From an uncultured delta proteobacterium (GTDB taxonomy: Bacteria > Myxococcota_A > UBA9160 > UBA4427), in contig CAWGJT010000010.1 of NCBI GenBank assembly GCA_963822965.1, positions 1,143,790 through 1,207,789 of the forward strand: a stretch of DNA of 64,000 nt, given 5' to 3'. Shown here in pieces: positions 1-14,369 of the stretch. The stretch's first letter is position 1. Each line of letters opens with the position of its first letter. The position numbers and the translations under genes are program-made. The notes under the pieces were generated by a model that was given only the letters and a program-made list of their open reading frames with translations, was not told where the DNA came from and made no database searches.

Positions 1-373
1 ATGAAGAAGACCCACAGCCCGATGAAGAGCAGCAGCGGGAACCACATGATCAGGATCTGGCGCCAGAAGCTCGACTCTTCCCGCGGCTTGGCCTGCACCT
101 TCACGTCGTTGCTGCGGAGGTCTTCGAGCAGGCTCTCGGTGATGGCGGGCGCGTAGGTGTTGAACTTCTCGCCGCCGCTCTTCACGCCCGCGATGTGGCC
201 CTCTTCGATGGTCACGCTCTGGACGCGTCCCTGCTCGACGTCGGTCGATGAAGTCGCTGTAGGCGATGTCCGGCGGCGGGGGTCTCCTCCTGCTTCAGCA
301 TGGTGACCAGCAGCAGGATGATCACGAGGATGACGACCCAGAGGGCCATGTTCTTGTAGAACTGTTGATTCAC
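1..373 (-). CDS. ftsH: ATP-dependent zinc metalloprotease FtsH, N-terminal part (continues beyond window start; apparent indels)
   Basis: Reverse strand reads VNQQFYKNMALWVVILVIILLLVTML... and later FWRQILIMWFPLLLFIGLWVFF, the two FtsH N-terminal TM segments; lies directly downstream of tilS (conserved tilS-ftsH order). Confidence 0.9.
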
Positions 374-622
374 TACCGGACCTCGACCACAGGTGGATTC
401 CGCTCGTTCGAGCAGCCTAGCCGTTCAGTGACGGATGACCGGCCAGCGCTCCCGGTTCCGAACCGTCGTTTTCCTTCGAGCTCTCGGCCGGCGTCTCTCG
501 CTCGATCTTCTTCCGATCGGTCGATCGATCGATCGTACGATGCCCCCCCAGGGCACCAAACACCGGCCTATACCGCCAACCGAGTAACTTAGCATGTTCC
601 CCGCGGGTTTACCCGATCCGGG

Positions 623-1625
623 TCAAGCGTCGGATGCACGCTGCAGGACGAAGGTCGCTGCCGATTCCCTGCACACGCAGATTCCGCCGGGCAACTCGAT
701 CCGGGCTCCTGTCCTCCCTCCTCTCAGGAAGCCGAGCACGCGCATGAGGTGCGTGCGGCTCAGGTCGCGCCCGCCCCCGCACTCGAGCAGCGCGTGCTTC
801 ACGAGACGCCGCGACAGCGCCTCGGGACGCTCGCGCCAGCCCGCCGCCGCGATGGCCACGGCTCCGTCGGCCCGAGGCGTGAAGACCCGGGCCGCCTCGG
901 CCCGGACCATTCCGTCCACCCATTCGGTCTCCCTTCTCTGCGCTTCGGCAAGATCGCCGATGGCCCTGAGAAGCCGCGGGTTCCAGTCGCGCACGAGGCC
1001 GGGCAGCAGGTCGGCCCGCATGCGGCTGCGGGTGTAGCGGGGATCGCGATTCGAGGGATCCTCGCGCCAGGCGAGGCCGTGCCGGGCCGCGTACGCCTCG
1101 AGCTCGCTGCGCGACACGCCGAGCAGCGGGCGGATCGTCGTGCCGTCGGGCGAGGTCTCGCCGATGCCGCCCAGGGAATCGGGCCCGCAGCCCCGCAGCA
1201 GGCGCATGAGCACGGTCTCGGCCTGGTCGTCGGCGTGGTGGCCGGTGGCGATGCGATAACAGGCCAGGCGCGCGGCAATTCGGGAGAGCGCCGCGCGGCG
1301 CACCCGGCGGGCGGCCTCCTGGGGCGTGGGACGCGAGCGGCTGGGCTCGCCCTCGCGCAGGGAAGCCGGATCGACGCGCTCCATGCCGAAGGGCACGCCC
1401 AGGCTCGCCGCCAGGTCGGCCACGAAGGCCTCGTCGGCCTCGGACTCGGGGCCGCGCAGGCCGTGGTTCACGTGGCCCAGCGCCAGCTCGAAGCCCAGGG
1501 GCTCGCGCAGCGCAAGCCAGCACGTGGGCGAGCACGGTGGAGTCGAGGCCGCCGGAAGCCGCCACCAGCACGCGCCGCCCCGCCAGGTCCAGGCCGGCGA
1601 GCGCTGCCTCGACCCGCTCGCGCAT
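623..1625 (-). CDS. tilS: tRNA(Ile)-lysidine synthetase (one apparent frameshift near 1520)
   Basis: PP-loop VAASGGLDS in ORF 609..1625; HVNHGLR, ATGHHADDQAETVLMRLLRG, IRPLL and EDPSN..R motifs in ORF 623..1684. Confidence 0.93.
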
Positions 1626-1640
1626 GACCGCGCCCCGCCC

Positions 1641-2546
1641 CTACTCGCGCAGCGCCGAGGCGCTACCCACGAGCACCTTCGCACCGGCTTCGGAGCCGCC
1701 CACCTTGTCCACCCACACGTCGCAGTGCACCCGGGTGCGGGTTCCCTCGCGCACCTCTTCGCGCACCTTGGCGTGGGTGGCCACGGTCTCGTCCACCCAC
1801 AGCACGTTGGTGAACTTCACCGACATCTCGCCGCCCCGCAGCCAGCCCATGCCGAAGGCGTCCTGCATGACGCGCGAGACGAAGCAGGTGGACATCATCC
1901 CCTGCACCACGATGTTCGGGAAGCCCAGCTTCTTCGCCTGCTCGGCGTCGGTGTGGTAGTTGCGGCCGGGCCCCGAGAACATCCAGCAGCGCCGGGCGTC
2001 GATGGTGGTGGTGGTGCCCGGCAGGTCTTCGCCCGTGGCGGTGGGGAACGGCGGCCGCGGGGCCTTCTTGGCGGCGGTCTTCTCGTCCACCACGAAGCCC
2101 TCTCTTTCCGGGGCCTTCTCTTCGGCCTTCTCTTCGCCCTTCTCGGACTTCGGGGGCAGGAACGACTGGTGGGTGTGGCCGCGCACCAGCAGACGGCCAT
2201 CGTCGGCGTCCATCACGTCGGTCTCGTTCAGGATGACGTCGCGGCCGCGCTTCTGGTAGCGCTCGATGATGGTGGAGCGGGTGCGCACGCGGCTGCCCAC
2301 CCGGATGGGCGCGAAGAGCCGCCAGTCCTGCTGCAGGTGCAGGTTCCCGAACAGGTTCTTCAGGTACCACTCGCCCACGAACTTGTAGCACTCGGAGTGG
2401 TAGAGGAGCGGCGGCGCGTACTCGGCCTGCAGCGGGTGGTGGTCGTCCAGGGCGTCCGCGTAGAAGGAGACGACCTCCTTCGTCACCTCGTACTCGTTCG
2501 AGCCGCAGTGCCGACCGACGTAGGCCGGCTGCCCGAGCAGGTTCAT
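1641..2546 (-). CDS. Double hot-dog MaoC-family dehydratase
   Basis: Two hot-dog halves: FYADALDDHHP...FAPIRVG and NYHTDAEQAKKLGFPNIVVQGMM...VKFTNVLWVDE; GGAG-rich RBS before ATG 2546. Confidence 0.8.
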   Translation of the reverse strand: MNLLGQPAYVGRHCGSNEYEVTKEVVSFYADALDDHHPLQAEYAPPLLYHSECYKFVGEWYLKNLFGNLHLQQDWRLFAPIRVGSRVRTRSTIIERYQKRGRDVILNETDVMDADDGRLLVRGHTHQSFLPPKSEKGEEKAEEKAPEREGFVVDEKTAAKKAPRPPFPTATGEDLPGTTTTIDARRCWMFSGPGRNYHTDAEQAKKLGFPNIVVQGMMSTCFVSRVMQDAFGMGWLRGGEMSVKFTNVLWVDETVATHAKVREEVREGTRTRVHCDVWVDKVGGSEAGAKVLVGSASALRE

Positions 2547-2676
2547 GGTGGTCTCCTCTCCGTCTCTCTCGTCGCCTGGCTCCGCCTGGCTCTCGCTGGA
2601 CCTTCCGGCCTCTTCCGACCGCATGGTACCCGCCTCGGGGTGGCGGTGCCGGGAGCGGCCGGTTATTCCCCTGCCC

Positions 2677-4303
2677 ATGCTCGACGCGAGCCACAACGCC
2701 GCCAGCTGGATCGCCAAGTGGGCGGCCGTCGACGGCGAGCGTCTGGCGGTGGCCGACGACCACCGGCGGCTCTCGTACGCCGACCTCGACCACCGCATCG
2801 CCCGACTGGCGGGCTGGCTCGACACCCAGGGCGTCGCCGCGGGCGATCGCGTCGCCATCCTGGTGGGCAACCGTTCGGCCATGCTCGAGACGGTCTTCGC
2901 CGCCGCGCGCTTGGGCGCCATCGCCCTGCCCGTCAACACGCGCCTCTCGCCCCGCGAGATCCAGTTCCTGCTGGACGACGCGCGCCCCACGGCGCTGGTG
3001 CACGAGGAGCACTTCCGCGAGCTGGCCGAGCACGCCTGCACCCTGGCCCGGGAGGCGCCGCGCGTGCGCCTCGAGGTGACCGACGAGAGCCGCCCCGCCC
3101 CGGGCTGCACCGACTACGAGGCCGCCCTCGCCGGCCATCCGCCCCTGGCCGAGGTGGCCCCGGCGAGCCCCGAAGACCCGATGATCCTGATGTACACCTC
3201 GGGCACCACGGGCCACCCGAAGGGCGCCCTGCTCCCCCACCGCAAGGCGCTCTACAACAGCCGCAACGCCGAGATCTACTTCGGCATCCAGCCGAGCGAC
3301 CGGGTGCTGGTGGTGTCGCCGCTCTTCCATTCACTGGGCCTGCAGATCCTGTCGCTGCCCGTCCTCTACTGCGGCGCCGCCCTCGTCGTGCAGGCGCACT
3401 TCGACCCCGAGCGGCTGCTCGACGCCGTGGCGCGCGAGAAGATCACCTATCTCGGCGCCGTGCCCGACGGTGTACCAGCGCGTGCTCGACGCCCTCGAGG
3501 CCGCGCCCGAAGGCACCTGGGACCTGCGCTCGCTGCGCTTCCTCTTCACCGCCGGCGCCGCGGCCCCGGCCGAGCTGGTGCGCGCCTACAAGCGCCGGGG
3601 CCTGCTGCTGGTGCAGGGCTACGGGCAGACCGAGAGCTCGACCCTCACGTGCCTCGCCGCCGAGGACGCCGAGCGCAAGGCCGGCAGCGTCGGCCTGCCC
3701 GTCCACCACGCGAAGCTGCGCATCGTCTCCCTCGACACCATCGACGGACCCGTCGACGACTGGCGCGACGTGGAGTCCGGCACGGCGACGCTTCCGGCGA
3801 GAACGTCCCCGGCGAGAAGGGCGAGATCGTGGTGCGCGGCCCGATCGTGATGCTGGGCTACTGGGAGCGGCCCGAGGCCACCGCCGAAACCCTGCGCGAC
3901 GGCTGGCTGCGCACGGGCGACCTGGCCACCCGCGACGAGGAGGGCTTCATCACCCTGGTGGGCCGCTCGCGCGAGATGTTCATCTCGGGCGGCGAGAACG
4001 TCTATCCCGCCGAGGTGGAGGCCAGCTACAGCGAGCACCCCGCCATCCGCGAGATCGCCGTCGTCGGCATCCCCGACCCGCGCTGGGGCGAGACCGGCCG
4101 CGCCCACGTCGTCCTCGAGCCCGGCGCCGACCGCCACCGCCGAAGAGCTAGCGACCTGGGGCAAGGAGCGCCTCGCGCGCTTCAAGCTCCCGAGCGAGTT
4201 CGTCTTCGAGAAGGAGCTGCCGAAGACGGCGTCGGGAAAGGTGCAGAAGCACCGGCTGGGCGGCGGCGACGACTCCGGTCGGGCCGGGTCGCACGGCGCG
4301 TAG
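2677..4303 (+). CDS. Acyl-CoA synthetase / AMP-binding enzyme (about 3 apparent frameshifts)
   Basis: YTSGTTGHPKG, QGYGQTE, GWLRTGDLA, SGGENVYPAEVE and LPKTASGKVQK motifs spread over ORFs 2545..4416 and 3470..3850 and the final frame. Confidence 0.88.
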
Positions 4304-4398
4304 ACCCGGAGCTTCCCGAGCGGGCGCGTGCAAGCTTCCTTCTCGGCGGGACCCCGCTCGAGCCCCGGGAACCTGGGGAGAAGCCGACGAAGGCCTGC

Positions 4399-4510
4399 GA
4401 TCGCGTCGAGACCTAGCAAGAGGAGGATGGCCGCTTCCTGGCGGAGGTCGTCGACCCTCCCGGCGTCATGGCCTACGGGGACTGCGCCGACGCAGCACTG
4501 GCCCACACCA
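4399..4510 (+). pseudogene. HicB-family antitoxin remnant
   Basis: Reads VET*QEEDGRFLAEVVDPPGVMAYG, matching the HicB N-terminal pattern (EQEEDGRWLAEVxxLPGVMAYG), with an in-frame TAG at 4414. Confidence 0.6.
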
Positions 4511-4699
4511 GGTCGTGTACGAAGACCTCACGTTCCGGCCCGGATCGCAAGGCGACCGACCCACCGGGCGCCGTTCGTCGAGTTTCGGAACCCGAGCATC
4601 CCGCACCCGAAGCTCGAGATGACCGTGGCGTTCGGTAGGCAATCACGGTGATGCGTGTCGAGAGCCTTCCCCCGGTTCGCGGCGCGTGAGGATGCCGCG

Positions 4700-4776
4700 T
4701 GGTAGCGGTGGTTGGACTTGAACCAACGACCTACGGCTTATGAAGCCGCCGCTCTAACCGACTGAGCTACACCGCC
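4700..4776 (-). tRNA. tRNA-Met (CAT), elongator type
   Basis: Reverse complement GGCGGTGTAGCTCAGTCGGTTAGAGCGGCGGCTTCATAAGCCGTAGGTCGTTGGTTCAAGTCCAACCACCGCTACCA: cloverleaf, CAT anticodon, TTC loop, encoded CCA. Confidence 0.95.
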
Positions 4777-4888
4777 GACCGGGACTCGCGGGGCCGCTCG
4801 GGCGAGCGGCCGGGCGCGGACCGTAGCGCAGCGGTGGGGTGTTGCACGACGTGCGGCGGGGTTTCGGGGCCTGGGGGGCCGGGCGGGC

Positions 4889-5537
4889 CTACTGCGCGGG
4901 GCCGGCGACGGCCGCGGGGCCGGCGGGGGCCTCGCTGCCCACCTTGTCCGAGAGGCCTCGCAGGGCCTGCTCGAGGGCGTCCACCCGGCGCTCCAGGTCC
5001 TTCAGGGCGCGGCTGCTCGGGTAGGTGCCCGGGGTGGCCTCGGCGGCCGCGCGGTCGCTGTAGTCGTGGATCATGAAGCGGGCCACCTTGCCCACCAGGT
5101 CGTCGAGGTCGGGGATGACGTCGGCGATGCTGCCGCTGTGGACGAAGATCTCGCGCAGGGGCTCGTCCTCGCCCTGGGCGGCCGTGCCCGCGCACTGCAC
5201 GTCCAGGCTGGCGCCGGTGCCGAAGCGGGTGAACGAGCCGAAGAGCACGAAGTTCGCCTGGGCCTTGCGGGCCATCTCGAGGGCCTTGTCGAGGTTGGTG
5301 GTGGCCTTGTCCGGGATCGTCGACGCGAATCACGTCGAGTCGGAGACGCGCTCGAGGCGCGAGGAGAGCATGTCGCCCAGGCCGCTGCGCAGGTAGTCCG
5401 GGTTCTCGGCGCTGTGCACCACCATGGGCAGCAGCAGCGATGCGGACCCGCTCGTCCGCCCGCGCGGAGGCCGTCGCGCAGCAGGCTGGCGCAGGCCGCG
5501 AGGGCCACGCGAGGAGCACGGTGTTCTTCGAGAGCAT
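4889..5537 (-). CDS. Exported protein with TolB_N/CsgG-like alpha/beta domain (frameshifted)
   Basis: Joined frames give signal peptide, then MVVHSAENPDYLRSGLGDMLSSRL...ARKAQANFVLFGSFTRFGTGASLDVQC, then a coiled-coil tail. Confidence 0.55.
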
Positions 5538-5610
5538 GCTGGGCGAGGAATCCCGTTCGGGGTCAGCGCGCGCAGACCGCGCCGCATTCTTGGGCATCCC
5601 CGGGCGAGCG

Positions 5611-7311
5611 TCAAGCAAGCGCGCCACGGACCCCCGGCATCGGCCCGCCGCGCCCTTCACGGGCAGCTTGACCGTGAACGAGGAGCCCTCGCCGGGCTCG
5701 CTGCGCACCTCGATGGCGCCGCCGTGATCGGCCACGATCTGGTGGCGTGATCATCAGGCCGAGGCCCGTGCCCTGGTCGGGATCCTTCGTGGTGAAGAAC
5801 GGATCGAAGATGCGCTCGGCCACGTCCTGGCGTCATCCCGCAGCCGTTGTCGTGCACCTCGAGACACATGACGTCGCGCGGGTGGTCGCGGTCGGGCATG
5901 ACATCGATGCTGACGAGGCCGCCGGGCGGCGTGGCGTGGATGGCGTTGCAGCGCCAGGTTGATGATCACCTGGTGCATGTGGTCCTTGACGGCCCGCACG
6001 GGCACGGCGCCGTCGCTCACGTGCACGCGCAGCTCGACCCGGGCTTCCTTGGCCTCGGCCTCGAGCAGCAGAGCCGCCCGGCTCGCCAGCTCGCCCAGGT
6101 CGACGGCTTCGGGCTTCAGCTCTTCCATGCCGCCCCGGGCCAGGGCCGACATCGTGGAGACCAGCCCGCGGATGCGCTCGAGCTCGGCGCAGGCCAGCTC
6201 GTGGTAGCGCCCCCAGAACTCGGGGTCGGCCTCGTTGCGCTTCTGCGGGCGCCAGGCTGAGGAAGGTGTGGATCGAGACCAGCGGGTTGTTGATCTCGTG
6301 GGCGAGACCGGCGGCCAGGGTGCCCAGGGTGCCCAGGCGATCGGCGCGCTTCACCTGCTCGCGCGTGCTGCGCAGCTTCTCGACCAGGCGGGCGTTCTCG
6401 ATGGCCACCACCAGCTGCGAGGCCAGCCCGTCGAGCAGGGTGCGCTCGTCGGCCGCCGAAGCGGCGGCTGCCGCTGCGCTGGTCCACCGCCAGGAAGCCG
6501 ATCACCGCTTCTTGCTCGACCAGCGGCATCACGATGATCTCGTCGGCCGAGACCTCGGTCATCCAGCGCGCGGACGGCCGGCTCCTGGTCGTCGATGTCC
6601 TCCATCTTCAGCCACTGCACCCGGCCCTCGCGCGAGCGACTCCAGGAAGCGCGGCGCTTCGACTCCTCGGTGATCCGCATCTCCGCACCCGCTCGGCCAC
6701 CTCGTCCTCGGGCGCGAAGCCCATCCAGGTGAGGTGCTCGCCGTCGCGGTCGAGCAGGCCCAGCATGGCGCCGTCGAAGCCCAGCTCGCCGTGCGCGGCG
6801 CCCAGCACGCAGCCGCACCAGGCGGTCGAGGTCGAGCTCGCGGTACAGCGATTGCGAGAGCCGGTTCAGCAGCAGCAGCTCGTCGAGCAGCGCCTGGCGC
6901 TCGCGCTCGATCGCGTAGGTCTCGATGGCCCGGCGCAGCGTGAGCTGCATGTCCTCGGGCTCCCAGGGCTTCGCGATGTAGCGGTAGACCCGGCCGTCGT
7001 TGATGGCGTCGCTCAGGATCTGGGCGTCGCCGTAGGCGGTGACGAGCATGCGGATGCAGCGGTCGTCGATCTCGCTGGGCCGCGGCCAGGAACTCCACGC
7101 CGTTCATGCCCGGCATGCGGTAGTCGGAAAGGATGACGGCCACCGGGTTCCCCTGCAGCAGCCGCAGGGCTTCCTCGGGCGATTGGGCGCTGAGGATCGT
7201 GAACTGGCGGCGGAACGTGAGCTCGAAGATGCGGAGGTTGTCGGGCTCGTCGTCGACGTAGAGGATGGGGAATTCGCGGTGGTCCATCAGTCTCACCGGC
7301 TTGGGCTGCAT
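5611..7311 (-). CDS. Hybrid REC-GAF-HisKA-HATPase protein, PhcR-like receiver (several apparent frameshifts)
   Basis: [11 protein letters not shown]...[12 protein letters not shown]...VTAYGD...YRYIAKPW receiver; GAF-like segment ending [18 protein letters not shown]-box; [19 protein letters not shown]-box. Confidence 0.85.
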
Positions 7312-7351
7312 CGCTCTCCCCTTCCCCTCACTTGCCGCCTCACTCGCACCC

Positions 7352-10160
<2,809 letters not shown>

Positions 10161-10470
10161 GAGCTGGCCATCGGCAGACCGGCGAACCCGCTTGATCCCA
10201 TCAACTTCGAGGCTCGCCGCCAACCCGAGCGGACGGAATGACACCCGGCAGCAGGTCTTCAAGTGCGTCGCCGGAGCCGACCGCCGCGCCCCGCTACAAG
10301 ACGGCTCCGCCTCGGTCCAGCGCCGACGGATCGGCACCAAACCTCGCATCCCGACACCTCAATCGCGAGGCTGAAAGCAGCGCCGCACTCGCGCTCCACC
10401 CTTGATTAACGCGAGGGCAGAACGACGTGTCACCGAAGCGAACTCTGGTTGCACTTACAACTGATTGTCT

Positions 10471-12906
10471 CTACATCTCCGCATCAGCGTCGATCCGCTC
10501 CGCGATTACGACGATCGCTTGTGGCGGGTCTCCATAGCCAGATTCAGTTCGCAGAACCCGAAAGAACCGACCGTCTATCAGTTCGGCAAACTCGTCTGCG
10601 CTCCAGAAATGGAACGCGCCCGCCTCCTCGAGATCGAGGAGGCGGGCGCCGTTGCTGATAAATTCCTGCAACGGTACATCCAGACGATCAAGCTCCTCGG
10701 CCAGCCAAATCGCGCGCGCCGCTCCAGACCGCAGCTCATCAACCCCTGAGACGCAGATTCGCGAAACATCTGCATCTGGACGCATCCCCGAAGCGACGAA
10801 CCGACCACCTGGCTTGACCAGTCGCGCGGCTTCCAACACAAGGAAGGCAGGATCCACAACGTAGTTCAAAAGCAACGATGCAATCACAGCGTCTGCACAA
10901 CCATCCGCAAGCGGAACAGCGCCTCCCCTCGCCCCACGGTCGAGATTCGAAGCAACAAAGTCGAAACCTGTTCCTCTGTATCCCATCTGCCTGATGCGAT
11001 CGCGGGCGCGCGCCAAGCCCTGCACTACCAAATCCACCCCGACTACCCGCAGCGAATCAACCTTGCCCGAGTCGATGAGCTCGACAGGAAGAGCACCCGC
11101 GCCGGACCCTAGATCAACGACCTTCGCTCCGCTCTTGAGATTGAGCCCAGCGATCTGTGCCGCCATGAGGGAACGATAGGAACTAGTGGCCGACACAAGC
11201 TCTATACCAAGGCCACCTTCGCGACCCACGAGATAGCTTCGCCAGAACTCCCGAAGGTCCTCTCTGGTCTCCCGAAGGCGCCTCCGCTCGCGTTGACGGC
11301 GCTTCCGAAGCACCCCCTTGCTCGGCCGCACCGACGAGATGGGTCTACCCAGTGCCATCCTCCCTAATTCGACCGCAACCAGCTCAAATGCGTCAAGCGC
11401 CTCCTCACTCGCACGCATCTGGTGGCCCGTGGGGACCTCAATCAATCTACGCCTTGACGTGTCTCCAACAGACATCGCGTCCTTCACTCGATCAGGCCGC
11501 GTCCAAGCGTCATGAGTTCCATAGATCCAAGTGATTGGGATATCGATAGTCGCCATGTCCCTGCGCGCGTCATCCAGGAACGCCATCTCGCTATCTATCG
11601 CGTCCCTAGTAGCTCGATCGACGTCCAACAGCAGACCCTGAATGTACTGGGTGCCGAACCCGAGACCGTCCAGCGCGCCCGCAAAGTAGTCAACTCCGCC
11701 GGAAACCACCTTTATCATCGACTGCGGGTCCACTGCGCCAACTATGCGATCCAGCCCGCGATCCGGCCCAATCGATCGACTGCAACCGCCCTTCGCCCCT
11801 CTACTGATGCGATGCTGAAGGTCACGAGAAATATCGATGATGGAGCGAAGGCGGATTGCTCTAGATAGTCGATTGTCGCGTGGATATCGCGCACACCCTG
11901 CGAGAACGTGTAGTGTCGATTTTCGCCGATGGGGGGCGAGCAGCCTCGATCATTGTGAGACTCGCCTCGCTTTCTGACTCCATCGAATCGCACCACGCAG
12001 ACACTCTCACCGGCCTCCTCAAAGCTCTGCAGAATTGTCTCCGCGAGCGCGACCGTCGATTCCTTCGTTCTGCCCCACGCCGGCGGAATAATCACCGCCG
12101 CCGGGCTGCGGGACACTCCAACACGGTCAACTATCGCCTTGATTCGCTCCCGTTGTGCGTTCCGGTACTCAACACTGTGGGACTCACGGGACCCAAATGC
12201 ACGACGGCCCCGAGGACTTCGATTCTCAGGGGCAACCACCTTTCTCTGCTCAACGGGCGGGAGCGAACCGCGGGGACCGTGCGTCAGCAATAGCCCGATA
12301 CGTCTCCAACCCCCTTGGGGCGCCGCATCCGCAAGATTTCGAACTTCCGCGTGGAGTGGCCCGGCCCCGCCGCTGATGTCGACGACCAGCCGAGCTCCCT
12401 CACCGAGATCGACCGGCTTCTCCGCCTCGACCCCTAGACCATCGGCTGATCCATCTAATTCACACGCCGCGACCGTCTCCCCTCCCTCCATTCTCAGCCC
12501 GATTGTCCGTCTCGAAGCCTCCGCGGCACGAACACGTCGCCTTTCACGCCGCTCGTCCGGTATATGACCGAAGGAAGCGTTGTTTGAAGTTCGCCGCCTT
12601 CTTGCCTGACTAGATCGCAAGCGAAGATGTAGGAAGATCCCGAAACGCCAAGGCTGAGGAAGACCTGAGGGTGGGGTAGCGCGTCAAAGTCCTGACCGAA
12701 AGCACTAAGCGATCCTCGCCTACGAGCTTGAGGCGTGCCCGCTCTGGTTTTGCGTGACGATTCGTGCCGCGCCGCAATTCGAGTTTCGATCGAAGAACGT
12801 TTTCGAGAAACCGGCGGATCTCGGCTGGATCGGCAATCGCATTGCGGTTCAGGCGGCGCAGGACATCGTCGTCTATGCGATCAGGGCGGACTATTGCGTT
12901 CGCCAC
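10471..12906 (-). CDS. PilZ + LuxD-like acyl-ACP thioesterase/acyltransferase + class I SAM methyltransferase fusion (about 3 apparent frameshifts)
   Basis: PilZ motifs ERRERRR...DGSADG; hydrolase motifs IIPPAWGRTK, VRFDGVRKRGES, LVTFSIAS, GTHDAW, VPTGHQ; methyltransferase VVDLGSGAG and PLADGCADAVIASLLLNYV. Assembled from ORFs 12610..13476 (tail), 11742..12620 and 10471..11733. Confidence 0.72.
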
Positions 12907-12910
12907 GGGA

Positions 12911-13983
12911 TCATGTGCAGTTCGCTCGGTGGTACGGACTCCAGCGCAGTTGCCCCAATAGCTCTCAGCGGTGTCCATCCATTCTTCGAGCGCCTGTGGA
13001 CTGTCAAGGAAGTGCTTCATGCTGAGGAGCAGCCAGCTATACACCGCTTGGCTATCTCGGCATCCGTCACAATTGGCCGATGCACAGCAAAAGTTCAGCG
13101 TCGTCGCATCTGGCGCGTAGGAGTTAAACCCGGGGAGGACGGGCTGGCCATTCGCAAGCCTCTCCTCATGCACATGGTTGCCCGTGCTAATGCTGGGACA
13201 AACGTCATAACCGAACTGCGCCCAATGCGTCTTCCCCGTGATCAGGGTACGAATCGAATACGGCGTATTGATTACCGTCTCGGGATAGGCCTCTCGGACC
13301 CTCAGCAGCTCGTCCAGCAACCGGGACTCTAGACCGGCCCAGAGGATCGTCCGACCGTACTCGCTGTAGTAGTTGAAGGTCACCGCGTTGCCATTGTCTC
13401 GAATCCGGCGCACGGTGGGCTCGATCGATCCAGGAACCGGGAGAAACCGCAAAAACGAAGGTAGCGCGGTCGTCATTTCGATAGTTCGTCAGTACACGAT
13501 CGAGGAGGCCGACAAATCGCACCCCATTGGGGCGAATCGCACGCAATGCATCATCAGCTCTCTCGCCCCCAAAGAGCGTCAGAGCAATTGCAACCCGCTC
13601 AAACCCCTCACGCGGAAGCGCCTTCAAGCCATTCGACGAGACGGTCACATACCGCATGTGCTCGACGAATGCGCCGATGCGATCCGGATAGAGCGTCGGC
13701 TCGCCCCCGATGAGGAGAGCCAGCGTCATGCCGCGTGCCTGGGCCTGCTCCTTGGCGAACATCCTCCAGGCCTCGACGGACTTTAGGTCGTCGGTGCGGC
13801 GGTCGAAGCCGTACTCGAAGAACCAACAGCCGTCGCAGCGCAAGTTGCAGGCCGTTCTAGGTGGTACTCAGAAGTCCGAACGCTCTTGCTGAACTCTCTC
13901 AGCCGCGCGAGACGCTGGCCAAGCTCGCTCTCGCCGCGGAGTACCCGGCGGAGCAGATCGCGCTGGACGTTTCGGACCGACAT
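12911..13983 (-). CDS. Radical SAM protein (apparent frameshifts near 13858, 13435 and 12955)
   Basis: CNLRCDGC (CxxxCxxC) at ~13828-13849, LIGGEPTL, VSSNG, and a C-terminal Cys cluster CPS...CCASANCDGCRD (possible auxiliary Fe-S site). Confidence 0.85.
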
Positions 13984-14369
13984 TCTCGGCTAATCCAGAC
14001 CTCTTGCCGCTCGCTCTCCAGCCGCTGACGCTCCGGCGGCCTTCGCCACAATTGGCGACCAATTCTATTCGGCCGACCAACGCCTCCGCAAGAAGCGGGG
14101 CTAACAGTCAGATTCTTAAGCGTTTTCTATGAGACCACGAGCTCGAGATCGACATCTCGACTGCAAGCAGCGGCCGCGCGGCGGAGGAGGTGGAGAACCT
14201 CCGCCTACAGGCGGTCGAGCCGGTTTGCTGCTGCTATCGCGGGCGCCGAAGCCAATGTAGGCAGAAGTCCGCGTCGGCCTTTCTCCCACAGCCAGGGAGC
14301 ACAACCGCTACCAAAGCAAAGCGTGGCGCAAGCGCTCCCGTACAGGTAGGTCGAGCCTACTCACACCGT

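Noticed and set aside
503..535. Cluster of GATC/CGATCG sites upstream of ftsH
   Set aside because: Short, and CGATCG is common throughout this sequence; no supportable function.
4700..4776. tRNA-Ile2 (CAT, TilS substrate), suggested by the nearby tilS
   Set aside because: Acceptor stem GGCGGTG with G4-C69/G5-C68 matches elongator tRNA-Met, not the C4-G69/C5-G68 determinants known for E. coli Ile2.
10471..12906. Bioluminescence (lux) operon
   Set aside because: Only a LuxD-like domain; no luxA/B/C/E homologues are visible.
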